From Bdellovibrionota bacterium (GTDB taxonomy: Bacteria > Bdellovibrionota_C > UBA2361 > JBGSMV01): DNA of 64,000 nucleotides. Where the stretch lies: contig JBGSMV010000009.1 in the NCBI GenBank assembly GCA_041739995.1, forward strand, positions 1-64,000. The letters run 5' to 3'. Under the pieces are notes generated by a model. That model had not been told where the DNA came from. It made no database searches and was given only the letters and a program-made list of their open reading frames with translations. The position numbers and the translations under genes were made by a program. Below, piece by piece: positions 19,120 to 28,481 of the stretch (positions within the stretch are counted from its first letter, which is position 1; each line of letters starts with the position of its first letter).

Positions 19120-19451
19120 GAATTGTTCGCGGCGATATCCTGTGGGCTTCTCTTGATCCTGTGAAGGGAAACGAGCAAGCCGGTAGACGCCCTGTGTTAG
19201 TGCTCAGTCACGACATATTCAATGAACGATCGGGAACGATTATCGCTGTAGCTTTGACAAGTCAGCCTCAAAGGGTTGGGTTCCCACTCACGCTGGAGCT
19301 GGAGAGTTCAAAGTTGCCGAAGAAAACCTGGGCAAAAATTAGTCAAATTCGCACTCTCTCAACTGAAAGAATTTTCGGGAAAATTGGCCGTGCCTCACCA
19401 GAGGAAGTCGAGCTTGTCATAGAGGGACTAAACGAAATTCTGGCAGGGTAG
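19104..19451 (+). CDS. mazF: MazF/PemK endoribonuclease toxin
   Basis: RGDILWASLDPVKGNEQAGRRPVLVLS...FN...QIRTLSTERI. Confidence 0.93.
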   Translation: MARLLRIVRGDILWASLDPVKGNEQAGRRPVLVLSHDIFNERSGTIIAVALTSQPQRVGFPLTLELESSKLPKKTWAKISQIRTLSTERIFGKIGRASPEEVELVIEGLNEILAG

Positions 19452-19482
19452 CCGGCGAGACCAGATCAATGAGTCGAGCACG

Positions 19483-20448
19483 CTAGTCGTATCGCTGCGA
19501 GGGGTCTTGAATCTTGTAGGTCTTGGTGCGCCCGTTCTTCAGCTCGACTTCTACCGTCATGTTTTTCTGATAGTCATCGCCGCGTTGGCGAAAGCGGAAA
19601 TGTTCACGGTCGCCGTTTCCAATCCCGCGATAGGCGCCTTGCTCGATTTCTTTGCCACGGCGATTCTTAAGTACCACGCGACTTACGTCGCCGGTAAGAA
19701 ATTCAGGAAGAAGAATCACGAGTTTTCCGTCACTGTCCGACTGTGGCTTGAACAAAAAGCCATTCGCGCCGTCGACTGGTCGAGAGGGGCCTGAGTAGGC
19801 AGTGGACGAATGCGTAGGCGCACTGCGCCCCATCGCGGAGCGTGCCTCGGCGGAGAGTCCTGCGTAGGGATCGTACTCATCGCTCAGTAAATATTCAGCG
19901 GCTGATTCGGTGCCGGTCTTGTAGGCATTGAGGCGGCTTTTTGCGGTTTTCAGAGCGCTCTCTAGTTGTGCCACCGCCATGGTCGGATCATTGGGCCCGC
20001 CACGTCCGTCGAACAAAGCCTGTAAATTATCATCGAGCTGGGCTGCCCCGAAGGCCTCTGCGTGGACCTTATCACCTTCGGCCTGAGTGAGAGTGTCGTC
20101 CTTCACTAGGGATTTAAGTGCGGCACGTGCAGCGTCCTCCACTGCAATCATTCCGTCGGGGCGCGTTCTGGCGGCCTTCTCGGCGCCCAAGTATTCTTGG
20201 AACTTCGCGAGACCCTCATCACCCTTTAGAGCCTTTATGCGCTCTTGAATGATACCGGCAAAAAGTTCCTCTTCCGAGACCTTATTGCCGTCCTCAAGGT
20301 GCAGAACTTGCTTGAGCAGAGCGTCGAATTCGTCGCTTTCCTGGGGTGCTGCATCAACTTCTGGGATGGTCGGATCGGTAGAGACCACCCTGCTAAAGGG
20401 TTGAAATGAAACAGCTGCGGCTATCGCTTTTTGTAGTTCGCCTATCAT
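19483..20448 (-). CDS. Hypothetical protein (helical N-part, beta-rich C-terminal domain)
   Basis: 321-aa ORF with strong SD AAGGAGAG and an upstream sigma54 motif. Confidence 0.75.
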   Translation of the reverse strand: MIGELQKAIAAAVSFQPFSRVVSTDPTIPEVDAAPQESDEFDALLKQVLHLEDGNKVSEEELFAGIIQERIKALKGDEGLAKFQEYLGAEKAARTRPDGMIAVEDAARAALKSLVKDDTLTQAEGDKVHAEAFGAAQLDDNLQALFDGRGGPNDPTMAVAQLESALKTAKSRLNAYKTGTESAAEYLLSDEYDPYAGLSAEARSAMGRSAPTHSSTAYSGPSRPVDGANGFLFKPQSDSDGKLVILLPEFLTGDVSRVVLKNRRGKEIEQGAYRGIGNGDREHFRFRQRGDDYQKNMTVEVELKNGRTKTYKIQDPSQRYD

Positions 20449-20519
20449 GAGCCACTCTCTCCTTAAGTGATCGAATTACTAAATGCCCGCGAAATCCATT
20501 TCGCCTTAAGCCTGGTACT

Positions 20520-20535
20520 TGCACATGGCGTGCCA
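20520..20535 (-). promoter_or_regulatory. Sigma54 (-24/-12) promoter
   Basis: Minus strand TGGCACGCCATGTGCA = GG-N10-GC with TGGCACG box, about 70 nt upstream of the start at 20448. Confidence 0.7.
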
Positions 20536-20573
20536 GATGAAAGGGACACAGGGCGAGCGGTGTCAAAGAGGGA

Positions 20574-22085
20574 TTAGGACGCGATTCTAAGAGTCACAAA
20601 GAAGGTCGAGCCTTTGCCTTCGACAGATTCAACCCGCACCGAGCCGCCACATTTTTCGAGCATGCGCCTCGCGGAGGCGAGACCGATGCCAGTCCCCTCG
20701 ATTGAGCGACCGTGGGCGCGCTGGAAGGGGCGAAAGATGTGATCCACTTTATCGGCGGGAATGCCAAGACCATTGTCCTCGATTGCTACTTCAAGCTCTC
20801 GTCCTGACGGAAGAATCCGTGGATTGACCGTCACTTTGAGCGGGCGAGTGCGGTCTCGGTACTTAATGGCGTTGCCAAGCAGGTTAGAAAAGACCTGGTA
20901 GAGCCAGACGTGCTCGCCTACTACCTTAGGAAACCCATCTGCAATCGAGATGGAGGGCTTAGTCGTGTTCTCAGGGGACGACGTAGCGGAAGAGGGTGAA
21001 TCGAGCTGCGAGCTCAAGTGATGTTGCACTTCTTTAAGTACTGAGTTGAGTTCGACTGATTCACTATGTTCGCCTTGGGCGCTAATTTTCGAATATTCGA
21101 GAACACCGGCGACTAACTGGTCGAGACGCTGCGTTGCATTGTGGATATGCGTAAGCGTCGCCTTGGCATCTTCAGGAATTGCGGCGTTAGGAAAGGCGCC
21201 GGAGAGGTCTTCTTCAAGCACATTGAGCATGCCCTTGACCGTCGCAAGTGGACCTTTTAGGTCGTGCGACACCATGTAGGCAAAGTCATGCAGGTCGCGA
21301 TTTTTTTCTTCAACCTGACGTTGGTAGCGTACTGCCCCGGTGACATCGATCGTTACTGATAATGACTGCACCAGATCTCCGCGTGTATCCAAAATAGGCA
21401 CCGTGCGGGTTTCTACCCACATTTCAATTCCAGAATGGTGAATCAAACGATGTCGAACTTGAAACGCGTCTCCCAAAGCACCAATCTTGAAAGCGCGCTG
21501 GTAGCGCTCGCGATCGCCCTCAGGTACGAGCGAGGAAAAAAAATCTCCTTCAAAGGCAAGTATCTCGCGAGTGGCGTAGCCCGTAAGCACTTCGGTGTAG
21601 GGACTGCAGTAGGTAATCTGATCGCGCGCATCCCGAAGAACGACCGCGGCGGCGATGTTATCGGTGAGCATTTTGTGCCTGGATTCGAGTCCAAGAAATG
21701 CTTCTTTTCGTTCTTTAAGAAGAATCTGCTGAGCCCGAATCATGCCAAGCAAGGGGGAGAGTGCGTCACTAAAAAACTTGGGCGCTGCTATCTTGCCGCG
21801 ATTATCTTTGCCGGAGGTGGCCACCTCTCCGAGAAGTGAGGCAGTGGAGCCGAGCTGCTTCGAAAGGGAGCGCTTGAGAAACAGTATAGAAAGGCCCGAG
21901 CCACACAATAATCCTCCGAGTGTAAGCGCGAGTGTTCCGAGCACTCGGTTCTCGGAAAAGTCGCTTGAAGAAACCGACGGTGCAGAAAGCATTCCACCGA
22001 TTACGATCAGCAAAACACCGCTGCCTACTAAGATGAGCGGAGACGAGAGCCGAGAAAAGTGGTCGCCTCGATTGGATTCAGTCAT
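20574..22085 (-). CDS. Membrane PAS sensor histidine kinase
   Basis: Two TMs, PAS (WVETR...IDVT), H-box VSHDLKGPL, NLLGNAIKY, DNGLG and GTGIGL. Confidence 0.93.
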   Translation of the reverse strand: MTESNRGDHFSRLSSPLILVGSGVLLIVIGGMLSAPSVSSSDFSENRVLGTLALTLGGLLCGSGLSILFLKRSLSKQLGSTASLLGEVATSGKDNRGKIAAPKFFSDALSPLLGMIRAQQILLKERKEAFLGLESRHKMLTDNIAAAVVLRDARDQITYCSPYTEVLTGYATREILAFEGDFFSSLVPEGDRERYQRAFKIGALGDAFQVRHRLIHHSGIEMWVETRTVPILDTRGDLVQSLSVTIDVTGAVRYQRQVEEKNRDLHDFAYMVSHDLKGPLATVKGMLNVLEEDLSGAFPNAAIPEDAKATLTHIHNATQRLDQLVAGVLEYSKISAQGEHSESVELNSVLKEVQHHLSSQLDSPSSATSSPENTTKPSISIADGFPKVVGEHVWLYQVFSNLLGNAIKYRDRTRPLKVTVNPRILPSGRELEVAIEDNGLGIPADKVDHIFRPFQRAHGRSIEGTGIGLASARRMLEKCGGSVRVESVEGKGSTFFVTLRIAS

Positions 22086-22104
22086 TAGTTGTTCCTCGTT
22101 GCCG

Positions 22105-23055
22105 CTAGCTACCGCTACCGGCGTACAGGTCGTACTCCGTTTCGAAGAGTTTTTTTACCTGGGCGAGCATTGCGGGCGCATCTCCCGAGGGGATTTTTAG
22201 GGCCTCAAACGCAATTGGCAACTGCTGTTCACAGCGAGAGCGTAACTTATGAAGGGAAGCGGGGTGCCCAAGACCGAGGCTATGAGCAATCAGGTCAGAG
22301 GCCTTAATGATTGCGGCCAAGGATACCGAGCCGTCGGTGCTGTACTGCTCAAGCTGCTCCCATGATGCGTGATGTTGACGAATCATGAAGCGCAAATCGG
22401 TGGAAAACGCCCAGCGCTCGCCAATAAGTTGTCCCACTTCAGTGTGGTCAAAAGGGAAAAACTCTGCCTCGGCGACTGCGAAATCAACACCTTCTTGCTC
22501 AACCCGAGAAATCACCTTCCCATACTCGTCGGGAGTGCGTTGAAGCAAAAGAAGCTTGCCGATGTCGTGCATGAGCCCCCCCAGAAAGGCGAGTTCTGCT
22601 TTGCTCGGGAGCACTCGCTGACAAAGCGCTCGGGCCGCCAGGGCGGTGCCCACATCGTGACCCCACAAGAAGGCCCGCGCCGGAGACTTAGAGGGAAATA
22701 TATCTGAGAGGGTATTGGAGTTAAGCAGACAGCGAAGTTCATTGATGCCGATCACCATTACCGACTCTTCGATGGTGGTGCTTTTCTTGCCACGATCAAA
22801 GTAGACGGAGTTCGCAATTCTAAGGACGCGCGCTGAAAGGCCTTCATCTGATTCAATTACTTCAACAAAATCCCGTGCGTCAGCGTTGGGGTCAGTGGAG
22901 AGCTGAAAGGCTTTCTGGGCAGAAGAAGGCATCGGAGGTACGCTTCGGGCGCCCACTACATTGAAAATTGCAGAGGTTACAGCCGACGGAAGCGCCGGAG
23001 CCGGAATTATTTCCGGCTCGTTTTTCTTGCCTTTTCCGAAGAGAGCGCCAAACAT
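22105..23055 (-). CDS. HDOD-domain protein
   Basis: VPPMP...IESDEGLSARVLRIANS...GGLMHDIGKL...DHTEVG...W...HH. Confidence 0.92.
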   Translation of the reverse strand: MFGALFGKGKKNEPEIIPAPALPSAVTSAIFNVVGARSVPPMPSSAQKAFQLSTDPNADARDFVEVIESDEGLSARVLRIANSVYFDRGKKSTTIEESVMVIGINELRCLLNSNTLSDIFPSKSPARAFLWGHDVGTALAARALCQRVLPSKAELAFLGGLMHDIGKLLLLQRTPDEYGKVISRVEQEGVDFAVAEAEFFPFDHTEVGQLIGERWAFSTDLRFMIRQHHASWEQLEQYSTDGSVSLAAIIKASDLIAHSLGLGHPASLHKLRSRCEQQLPIAFEALKIPSGDAPAMLAQVKKLFETEYDLYAGSGS

Positions 23056-23103
23056 AGGCCCTTAGCAATTAATAGGCAGATTAGCAGTCAGTACCGCAGT
23101 GTT

Positions 23104-24312
23104 ATGCCACCACCAGAGTTTTCACCTCAACAAAACGTTTCAGAAGAAAAGATTCCCCAAGGCGGAAGTCACGATACCAGTGATCAGGAGGGAGAGAAAC
23201 GATCTTCCGATGGCTTTCAGGATTTGCGTTGCTCACGCCCTTCAGAGCTCCGTCGTGGTGCGGTCGCGGGAGCCAATGGATCCCGTAGAACAGGACAGGG
23301 GGCGATGTCGTCAGCAGGCGAGCTAGCCGAGGAGGTGCAAGATCTCAAAGCTGCCGAATTGCGAGTGTGGGGAGAAAGACTGCAGGAAGTCCCCACACAA
23401 GAGGAGGGCACGGTCCTTTTTCGTCTAACTGCTGAAGAATTTGCCGAGGCGCTGCTGAATAGAGCTAAGGGCAGAAAGGCCTGGGGCGTCAGTGAGTTCT
23501 GTACCCTAATGATGTCCGTGGCCGCAGCCGGTGAGAAGAGATACTCAAGCCTCCCGGGACCCGTTAAGGCGCGATCTTTAAAGGACACTGGACTTACCAG
23601 TGCAATCATTCAGTTGAAGGGTTGCGCCGATACTCCCGCGCAAGAGGCTTTCGCCCTAGCAGTAGAAAACGAACTTCTCTCATCTAATTCTGGTGCGGCG
23701 GGCGCTCGCCGCGGAAGTCCAGTGCATAAGCGGTCAGCGGATTTTTTAGCTGCTTGTCAGGGCTTCGCCAGTATTTGGAAGGAGGTGTCTAAGTCCTTTA
23801 ACGCTCATATGGACGGCCCCTCCGCGAAAGCATTTTGGGAGGTAATGGAGCGGTTGATCGGGCATGTCAGCGAGCATGGGGCAGAGCTGGACTATCAGCA
23901 TATTTTGGCGGTTAAAAATCTGGTTCGAGTCACCGTGCGAAAGGGCACGTCTGAGGCCAGCGACGCCGTGCCCGAACGAGATCGCAAGAAACTACTAGAG
24001 GCCCTGAAAATATTGGAGCGGCAGTTCATGATCGAGTCGTTACCGCAGCTCCAAGAAAAGTTTGAGCAACTTGAACGTGAGTACCCTAAACAGGGGTTTC
24101 ACTACTGCCGTCATGTTGCGTCATGCCTTCGAGGTGCAGTGGAGTCGTCCTCGTGGCTTTCGAGTTATCCAAAATTTGGGGAGCAGCTTAGAAATTTTAG
24201 AGATGGACAATTCCTGAGCACTTTACGGGTGGAGAGGGACTTGGTCGTTTATCTATGTGACGCACTCGCGTTGCTTGGCGCCCCGCTCGCGAACCAAAAG
24301 CCATCACGGTGA
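23104..24312 (+). CDS. Hypothetical protein (disordered N-terminus, helical body)
   Basis: 402-aa ORF filling the gap between two genes; no recognisable motif. Confidence 0.55.
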   Translation: MPPPEFSPQQNVSEEKIPQGGSHDTSDQEGEKRSSDGFQDLRCSRPSELRRGAVAGANGSRRTGQGAMSSAGELAEEVQDLKAAELRVWGERLQEVPTQEEGTVLFRLTAEEFAEALLNRAKGRKAWGVSEFCTLMMSVAAAGEKRYSSLPGPVKARSLKDTGLTSAIIQLKGCADTPAQEAFALAVENELLSSNSGAAGARRGSPVHKRSADFLAACQGFASIWKEVSKSFNAHMDGPSAKAFWEVMERLIGHVSEHGAELDYQHILAVKNLVRVTVRKGTSEASDAVPERDRKKLLEALKILERQFMIESLPQLQEKFEQLEREYPKQGFHYCRHVASCLRGAVESSSWLSSYPKFGEQLRNFRDGQFLSTLRVERDLVVYLCDALALLGAPLANQKPSR

Positions 24313-24334
24313 CGGAGTACGCAAGTACCAGGAT

Positions 24335-24991
24335 CTAGTCGCTGGGGGACCGAGTTGCGGAGACGATCGTGGAACTTTCACCAAGAGAGGATCCGCTAAA
24401 CCCACGAGTAAGGATGGCGAAGGCCACAAAGTTATAAGCCGCATGGGAAAGCATCATCACGAGCAGTGAACCGGTCGCCATGTATAGGACCCCAAGCACA
24501 AGTCCATAGAACACGTAGAGCGCAGTGACGCGCGGGTATTCTCGTATGTTTGCTCCAAAGTGGGCGGCGGCGAAGACGGTCGAAGAAATGACCAGTGCGG
24601 TAACGTCAGTACCCCAGTAGGCGAGTTCAGCCCATAGAGCGCCCCGAAAAAATGCTTCCTCAGCAATGCCAGAAAGCAAGGCGAGAATTCCCGCTGAGCG
24701 CGCATCCAGGTTTCCCACGAGGCGCTGCACTATCTCGTCGCGAAACGACCTAAACTCCCCGATCCAAGCACTTGGAGTGGAGGAAGCCTCAGTTCTTCGA
24801 AGCAGAAATATATTCAAGAATAGCAAAGTAAGGACCGTGGCTGTCGCGATCTCAGTGGAGGCAGCAGTTACTTCGAACGAGAACGAAAATCCGCGCAGAG
24901 CGGCCCAGACCAAGGCGATCGATAAGAGTGCAAGTTCTAGAATGATGCCCGCGCGCAGGACGAGTTGGCGCGGAAGAGCCGGCGCACTCAT
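24335..24991 (-). CDS. CPBP (CAAX/Abi) intramembrane metalloprotease
   Basis: EEAFFRG, FAAAH and HAAYN motifs. Confidence 0.9.
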   Translation of the reverse strand: MSAPALPRQLVLRAGIILELALLSIALVWAALRGFSFSFEVTAASTEIATATVLTLLFLNIFLLRRTEASSTPSAWIGEFRSFRDEIVQRLVGNLDARSAGILALLSGIAEEAFFRGALWAELAYWGTDVTALVISSTVFAAAHFGANIREYPRVTALYVFYGLVLGVLYMATGSLLVMMLSHAAYNFVAFAILTRGFSGSSLGESSTIVSATRSPSD

Positions 24992-25036
24992 GTTGCCTCC
25001 AAGAATATCAGCTTAAGCGCCAATGAACATTGAGCG

Positions 25037-27538
25037 CTAATGACCGTACACATGGGCATGAATTGGATCCTTCCAGCGTCTAATGGCTTCGTGCGCACGG
25101 TTTAGGAACTCGAACTCAGCGCTCGCGTCGCGCTTTAGGATTATCTTACTTCGCACGCCGCTCTTTTCTTCGATAGAAATGAAGTCGCGAGCCAGAAAAA
25201 CATCAAGAACGGCGAGCAGAGAGGTCATGGAAGCGGCTTCGGTGCGGTGCACGTACCCGGCATAGCGCGCCGAGCGAAAATCATTTTGGATGTGACTCAT
25301 AAATCGTGGATAAGAAAGGACTCGCAGTGGTCTCGAAACAGTAGATTTCCCTGAGTCATTTACGGAAGCGGTTGCATCGTCAAGGATGATCGTATCCTCG
25401 GTGCGAAGCAGGTTCTGCCAAACCCACAACATGCTCTCTAGAGATCCCTCAATGAGAGAGGAGATAAATAATCCGGGCTCACGTTTAGAAAAAGAAACGA
25501 CGCCATCTGTAGCGGAAAGTACGCCATGCTTAAGCAGCATGGCGGCCACCGCATCAATCTCTGCGGCGAATTCATCGATTGGCGGCAGTATCAAATCAGA
25601 TTGAAAGGTGCCGTGGAAGGGGCGCGCGGCGTCTCCGGTAAGTGGTTCACCTAAGAGTTCTAATGTGGAGAGGATGCTGACCGGAAAGAAAAGGTGAAAG
25701 ACTCCATTTTTGTAAAAATCAGCAGTGAAGCGGCGTTTTCCTGGAATGAAAAATACGTCTTCATCAAGGCAGCGCGCGCGCTCGACGATTCCTTCTCGAG
25801 GCAAATCATTGAGGATTGCTTCGCGACCCTCTAAAAAGCGCTCGAGTGAAGGAGTATTTTCGCCAACTACTGAGAGCTCTTGACGGAGTATCTGCGCAAT
25901 GCGAGCTAAGTTTTTCACTGAGTCTGATAGTGCGCTACGGCTTAGCCCATATTGCGGCGCTGACATGAGGGCGGTGTAGGCCAGATTAGTGAGGCTGGGG
26001 CTAATGTGACGCCTGATACCACGCACAAGGTTTAAGCCAAACTCGTTTAAGGCTTCTCGCTCATCGGAGCGTTTTGGTGGGATTCCTTCATTAGCTTGTG
26101 CCTTCTCTTGCATAAATGCGGAGAGAGAAAGTGGTGCGCCGAAGGTGACTACCACTTCGCCATACTTTTTCTTCAAGATGTCCAAGGCACTAACGGTGGA
26201 GCGAAGGTTTTCCTCTGTCTTTGATCTACCGGTATTCTCGACTCCGAATTCTTGATCTTCGATCACTTGTTCGTATGAAATAGAGGCAGGAACAAATAGG
26301 ATCTCTTTGCGGATACCTTTCTTATAGGCATCGAAGAGCACCCCAAGAAGTCCCATCTTCGGGCGCATCATCTTTCCGCTGCGGCTGCGACCTCCTTCAA
26401 TGAAGAACATTTGTGAATGCCCGCGTTGCATCAGGTAAGTCACGTAGCGCCTCAGTACCAACATGTGGATTCGGTCACGCGCGTTGCGTTTGACGAAGTA
26501 TGCTCCTACGGAGCGCGTGAGCGCGCCCACAGGCCAGAAGCTCAAATTAATACCGGCGGCTACATGCGGCGGATTAATCGCGGCTTCGTAAAGTTTGTAT
26601 TGCAAGAGGATATAGTCGAGATGACTGCGATGCATTGGCACAATGACGACCGCGTGTGTGCGCATGGCCTCTTTGAGCTGATCGAGGCCGCGCATTTCAA
26701 TGTTGGTGAACAGGCGGTTCAGTAGAAACTTGGCAACAACCGCAAGCACTGAGTACATACTGCGGCGTTGATTGGCTGCAAGCTCATAGAAAGAACGCTC
26801 GGCGCGTCGATGCATGCGACTGGTCGTTTCGCCAGAGCGCTCTCCGAGGATGCGGAGCTCTCGTTCGAAGTCGGCTCCGGAAAGTATCACTCGCGCTTGT
26901 TCGGCAAGCGGGCGCACTGGGACTCCGCGAACTACTTTAAGATTACGATTAAAATCGAGCTTTAGTAGCCGTCGCATGCGCGAGGCAGCGCGCTGCCCGT
27001 GGCCGTGACGAAGTGCTTCTGAAATAGGAATGGGCTGGCCGAGTAGCACGGTCATGAGCCGCCGGGTGAACAGCATGCCGAGATTCGACGCGATGCCCGG
27101 ATTATGTTGCGGCACTTCCTTTACTGGGCCTCGTAGCTGAAACACGTTCAGAGTCGAGAGAGAGGCGTCTGGCCTAGAGCTAAACAGAGACTCAATCGTG
27201 CTGGCGTCTTGGAGTGACAACCAGCGGAGCTTCTTGGAGGCCGGCAGCGGCAACGAAGAAGACGTAGGCTGATCGCTGTTGGCAGCAGCACCGCTGTGTT
27301 CGGTGATGCGTTCAACCGCAAGCAGGCCGGAGGCTTGGGCTATGGCACCGAGCAACCCCTGCCAAACCCAGGCATCATTTGGGACGACCACGATCGGAGG
27401 AGCAGAGCCAGAAAGCTGCCCCTCGATCGCAGGCGGGAAGGAGACCTTTCTGAAATGCCACGTAAGCCACCGGAGGACTATGGCGCGTGTAAGCCTAAGC
27501 ATGGGCTGAAGATGCATCGTTGTGGGTCCCAAGTCCAT
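25037..27538 (-). CDS. plsB: Glycerol-3-phosphate acyltransferase
   Basis: HRSHLDY, AAGINL, GAYFVKR, FFIEGGRSRSG and PASISYE blocks; 833 aa. Confidence 0.85.
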   Translation of the reverse strand: MDLGPTTMHLQPMLRLTRAIVLRWLTWHFRKVSFPPAIEGQLSGSAPPIVVVPNDAWVWQGLLGAIAQASGLLAVERITEHSGAAANSDQPTSSSLPLPASKKLRWLSLQDASTIESLFSSRPDASLSTLNVFQLRGPVKEVPQHNPGIASNLGMLFTRRLMTVLLGQPIPISEALRHGHGQRAASRMRRLLKLDFNRNLKVVRGVPVRPLAEQARVILSGADFERELRILGERSGETTSRMHRRAERSFYELAANQRRSMYSVLAVVAKFLLNRLFTNIEMRGLDQLKEAMRTHAVVIVPMHRSHLDYILLQYKLYEAAINPPHVAAGINLSFWPVGALTRSVGAYFVKRNARDRIHMLVLRRYVTYLMQRGHSQMFFIEGGRSRSGKMMRPKMGLLGVLFDAYKKGIRKEILFVPASISYEQVIEDQEFGVENTGRSKTEENLRSTVSALDILKKKYGEVVVTFGAPLSLSAFMQEKAQANEGIPPKRSDEREALNEFGLNLVRGIRRHISPSLTNLAYTALMSAPQYGLSRSALSDSVKNLARIAQILRQELSVVGENTPSLERFLEGREAILNDLPREGIVERARCLDEDVFFIPGKRRFTADFYKNGVFHLFFPVSILSTLELLGEPLTGDAARPFHGTFQSDLILPPIDEFAAEIDAVAAMLLKHGVLSATDGVVSFSKREPGLFISSLIEGSLESMLWVWQNLLRTEDTIILDDATASVNDSGKSTVSRPLRVLSYPRFMSHIQNDFRSARYAGYVHRTEAASMTSLLAVLDVFLARDFISIEEKSGVRSKIILKRDASAEFEFLNRAHEAIRRWKDPIHAHVYGH

Positions 27539-27633
27539 GGGAAGTGAGCAAATCTGAGAGGTTGGGCGCTCCTGAGTTATCCACAGGGGCGTTCCAGGGG
27601 GGGGAGAATTTGGTGACGGCGAGAGCGATCTTT

Positions 27634-28359
27634 CTAGCGTGTGGCTTTGAGCGACGATCGTAGTCGCTCGACCAATGGGAGGAGGGCCTGACTTAGAGCT
27701 GCGTTTAGAGCCTCTTGCAACTGCGGTTCAAAGCCATAGCGACGCAGTTGTGATGATTTCCCACGGTACTGCTGCCCCCACTGCGCAGTACCATCTGGGC
27801 TCAGCAGACGGGCCTGCATCGTCACGTCGGCACTTACCTTTCTAGTCACCAGAAAGTCGTAGGCGGAAACTGTCAGGTCCTGAACTGAAATCTTGAGTCT
27901 CCAAGCAGAAGCGCTCATTTCATCGCTGACGGGGCGAACTCCTGCGTTTGCCAGCATAGGGTAGAGCGCTCCATACACCGTGTCAGACGGTGCTTCCACA
28001 ACGACCTCCATAAGTGGAATAAGCATCAGGAGGTACTGGTGGCCTACGGACTGGTCAACGGAGCTGGTTATTTCCAGGCTCAGTGGCACCGAATTTCGCG
28101 CGGCGAGTTCGAAAACCTCAGGAGCGATCGTATCTCTTCGCACAGTCGTGGTGGCGCAGCCTGCCGAGAGTGTAAGCACCCATGCCAATGATGATATGAG
28201 GAATGCGGGCGATGAGAAAACGCGAGAGTATTGTCGAGAGCCGAGCGAGGCCTCGGCTACGGGGCCTGCAGAGAGGTTTCCAGCGCAGGTGTTTCTTTTG
28301 GGTCCTTGGCGACTTTGTAAAACGGTCAGCAGTTGATTTAGGAAAGTGGCGAAACTCAC
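27634..28359 (-). CDS. Putative lipoprotein (start probably downstream of ORF start)
   Basis: Lipobox LSAGC after a hydrophobic stretch, followed by an alpha/beta domain. Confidence 0.65.
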   Translation of the reverse strand: MSFATFLNQLLTVLQSRQGPKRNTCAGNLSAGPVAEASLGSRQYSRVFSSPAFLISSLAWVLTLSAGCATTTVRRDTIAPEVFELAARNSVPLSLEITSSVDQSVGHQYLLMLIPLMEVVVEAPSDTVYGALYPMLANAGVRPVSDEMSASAWRLKISVQDLTVSAYDFLVTRKVSADVTMQARLLSPDGTAQWGQQYRGKSSQLRRYGFEPQLQEALNAALSQALLPLVERLRSSLKATR

Positions 28360-28481
28360 CGCTCAAGGAATATACTATATAGACAAGTGTTGTTGATACG
28401 CCCCGAGAGGCACGGCGCGAATTTCGAATTCTCGCAATGATACTCAGCGGAGGGAGAGGTTCACGAACGAGCATTGCATAC

